DNA of 64,000 nucleotides from Mytilus californianus (Eukaryota): NCBI RefSeq assembly GCF_021869535.1, contig NW_026262581.1, positions 15,686,001 to 15,750,000 of the forward strand, read 5' to 3'. Shown piece by piece: positions 63,724 to 64,000 of this stretch (position 1 is its first letter; each line of letters starts with the position of its first letter). The notes under the pieces were generated by a model. It saw only the letters and a program-made list of their open reading frames with translations, ran no database searches and was not told where the DNA came from. The position numbers and the translations under genes were made by a program.

Positions 63724-64000
63724 GTATGTATTTATTGCAGATATATAACGTTGAACATATTTAACCATCAAACAAATTAATGAAGAAATGGGATTTTATG
63801 GGGTCGAATCATTTAGATTATAAATTCATATGATTCTGTCTGATGGCAGAAACATTTTTGCTGCACTGAATACAGTAAACGTTTTGATTCATTTAAATTT
63901 TTTCAATAAAGAATTGGAAAGGTAATATCAAACAGATATAATAGCTTTATTAAATATGTACTGTTTATTTTTATCATTTTGTTATATAATAAACAAACAA

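Noticed and set aside
1-64000. tRNA, rRNA, snoRNA or prokaryotic operon features
   Set aside because: No cloverleaf, rRNA-like or convincing C/D or H/ACA pattern was seen. The gene structure is spliceosomal throughout.

Overview
AT-rich eukaryotic (spliced-gene) DNA. The repeat landscape and gene content are most consistent with a bivalve mollusc, probably a mytilid mussel; this is an inference and no database search was run. Manual splicing gives three complete protein-coding genes and the start of a fourth. (1) AUH, methylglutaconyl-CoA hydratase: 9 coding exons, minus strand, 7172-21764, 303 aa. (2) A single-coding-exon 893-aa protein, minus strand, 28260-30941, with ~10-11 ankyrin repeats fused to a cGAS/Mab-21-like nucleotidyltransferase (cGLR) with an apparently intact catalytic triad. 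(3) A 9-exon secreted 322-aa protein, plus strand, 45380-59836, joining a Ly6/uPAR-like three-finger Cys-rich domain to a fibrinogen-related (FReD) lectin domain. (4) The first two coding exons of a tandem paralog of (3) at 62401-63723. The rest is intron/intergenic DNA dense in decayed TEs: Penelope-like RT fragments, a CR1-like LINE, an APE-RT LINE with a nested CACTA element, several MITEs, and tandem-repeat-bearing Helentron/pearl-like elements. No tRNA, rRNA or CRISPR is supported. The best leads are the ankyrin-cGLR and the three-finger-FReD pair.
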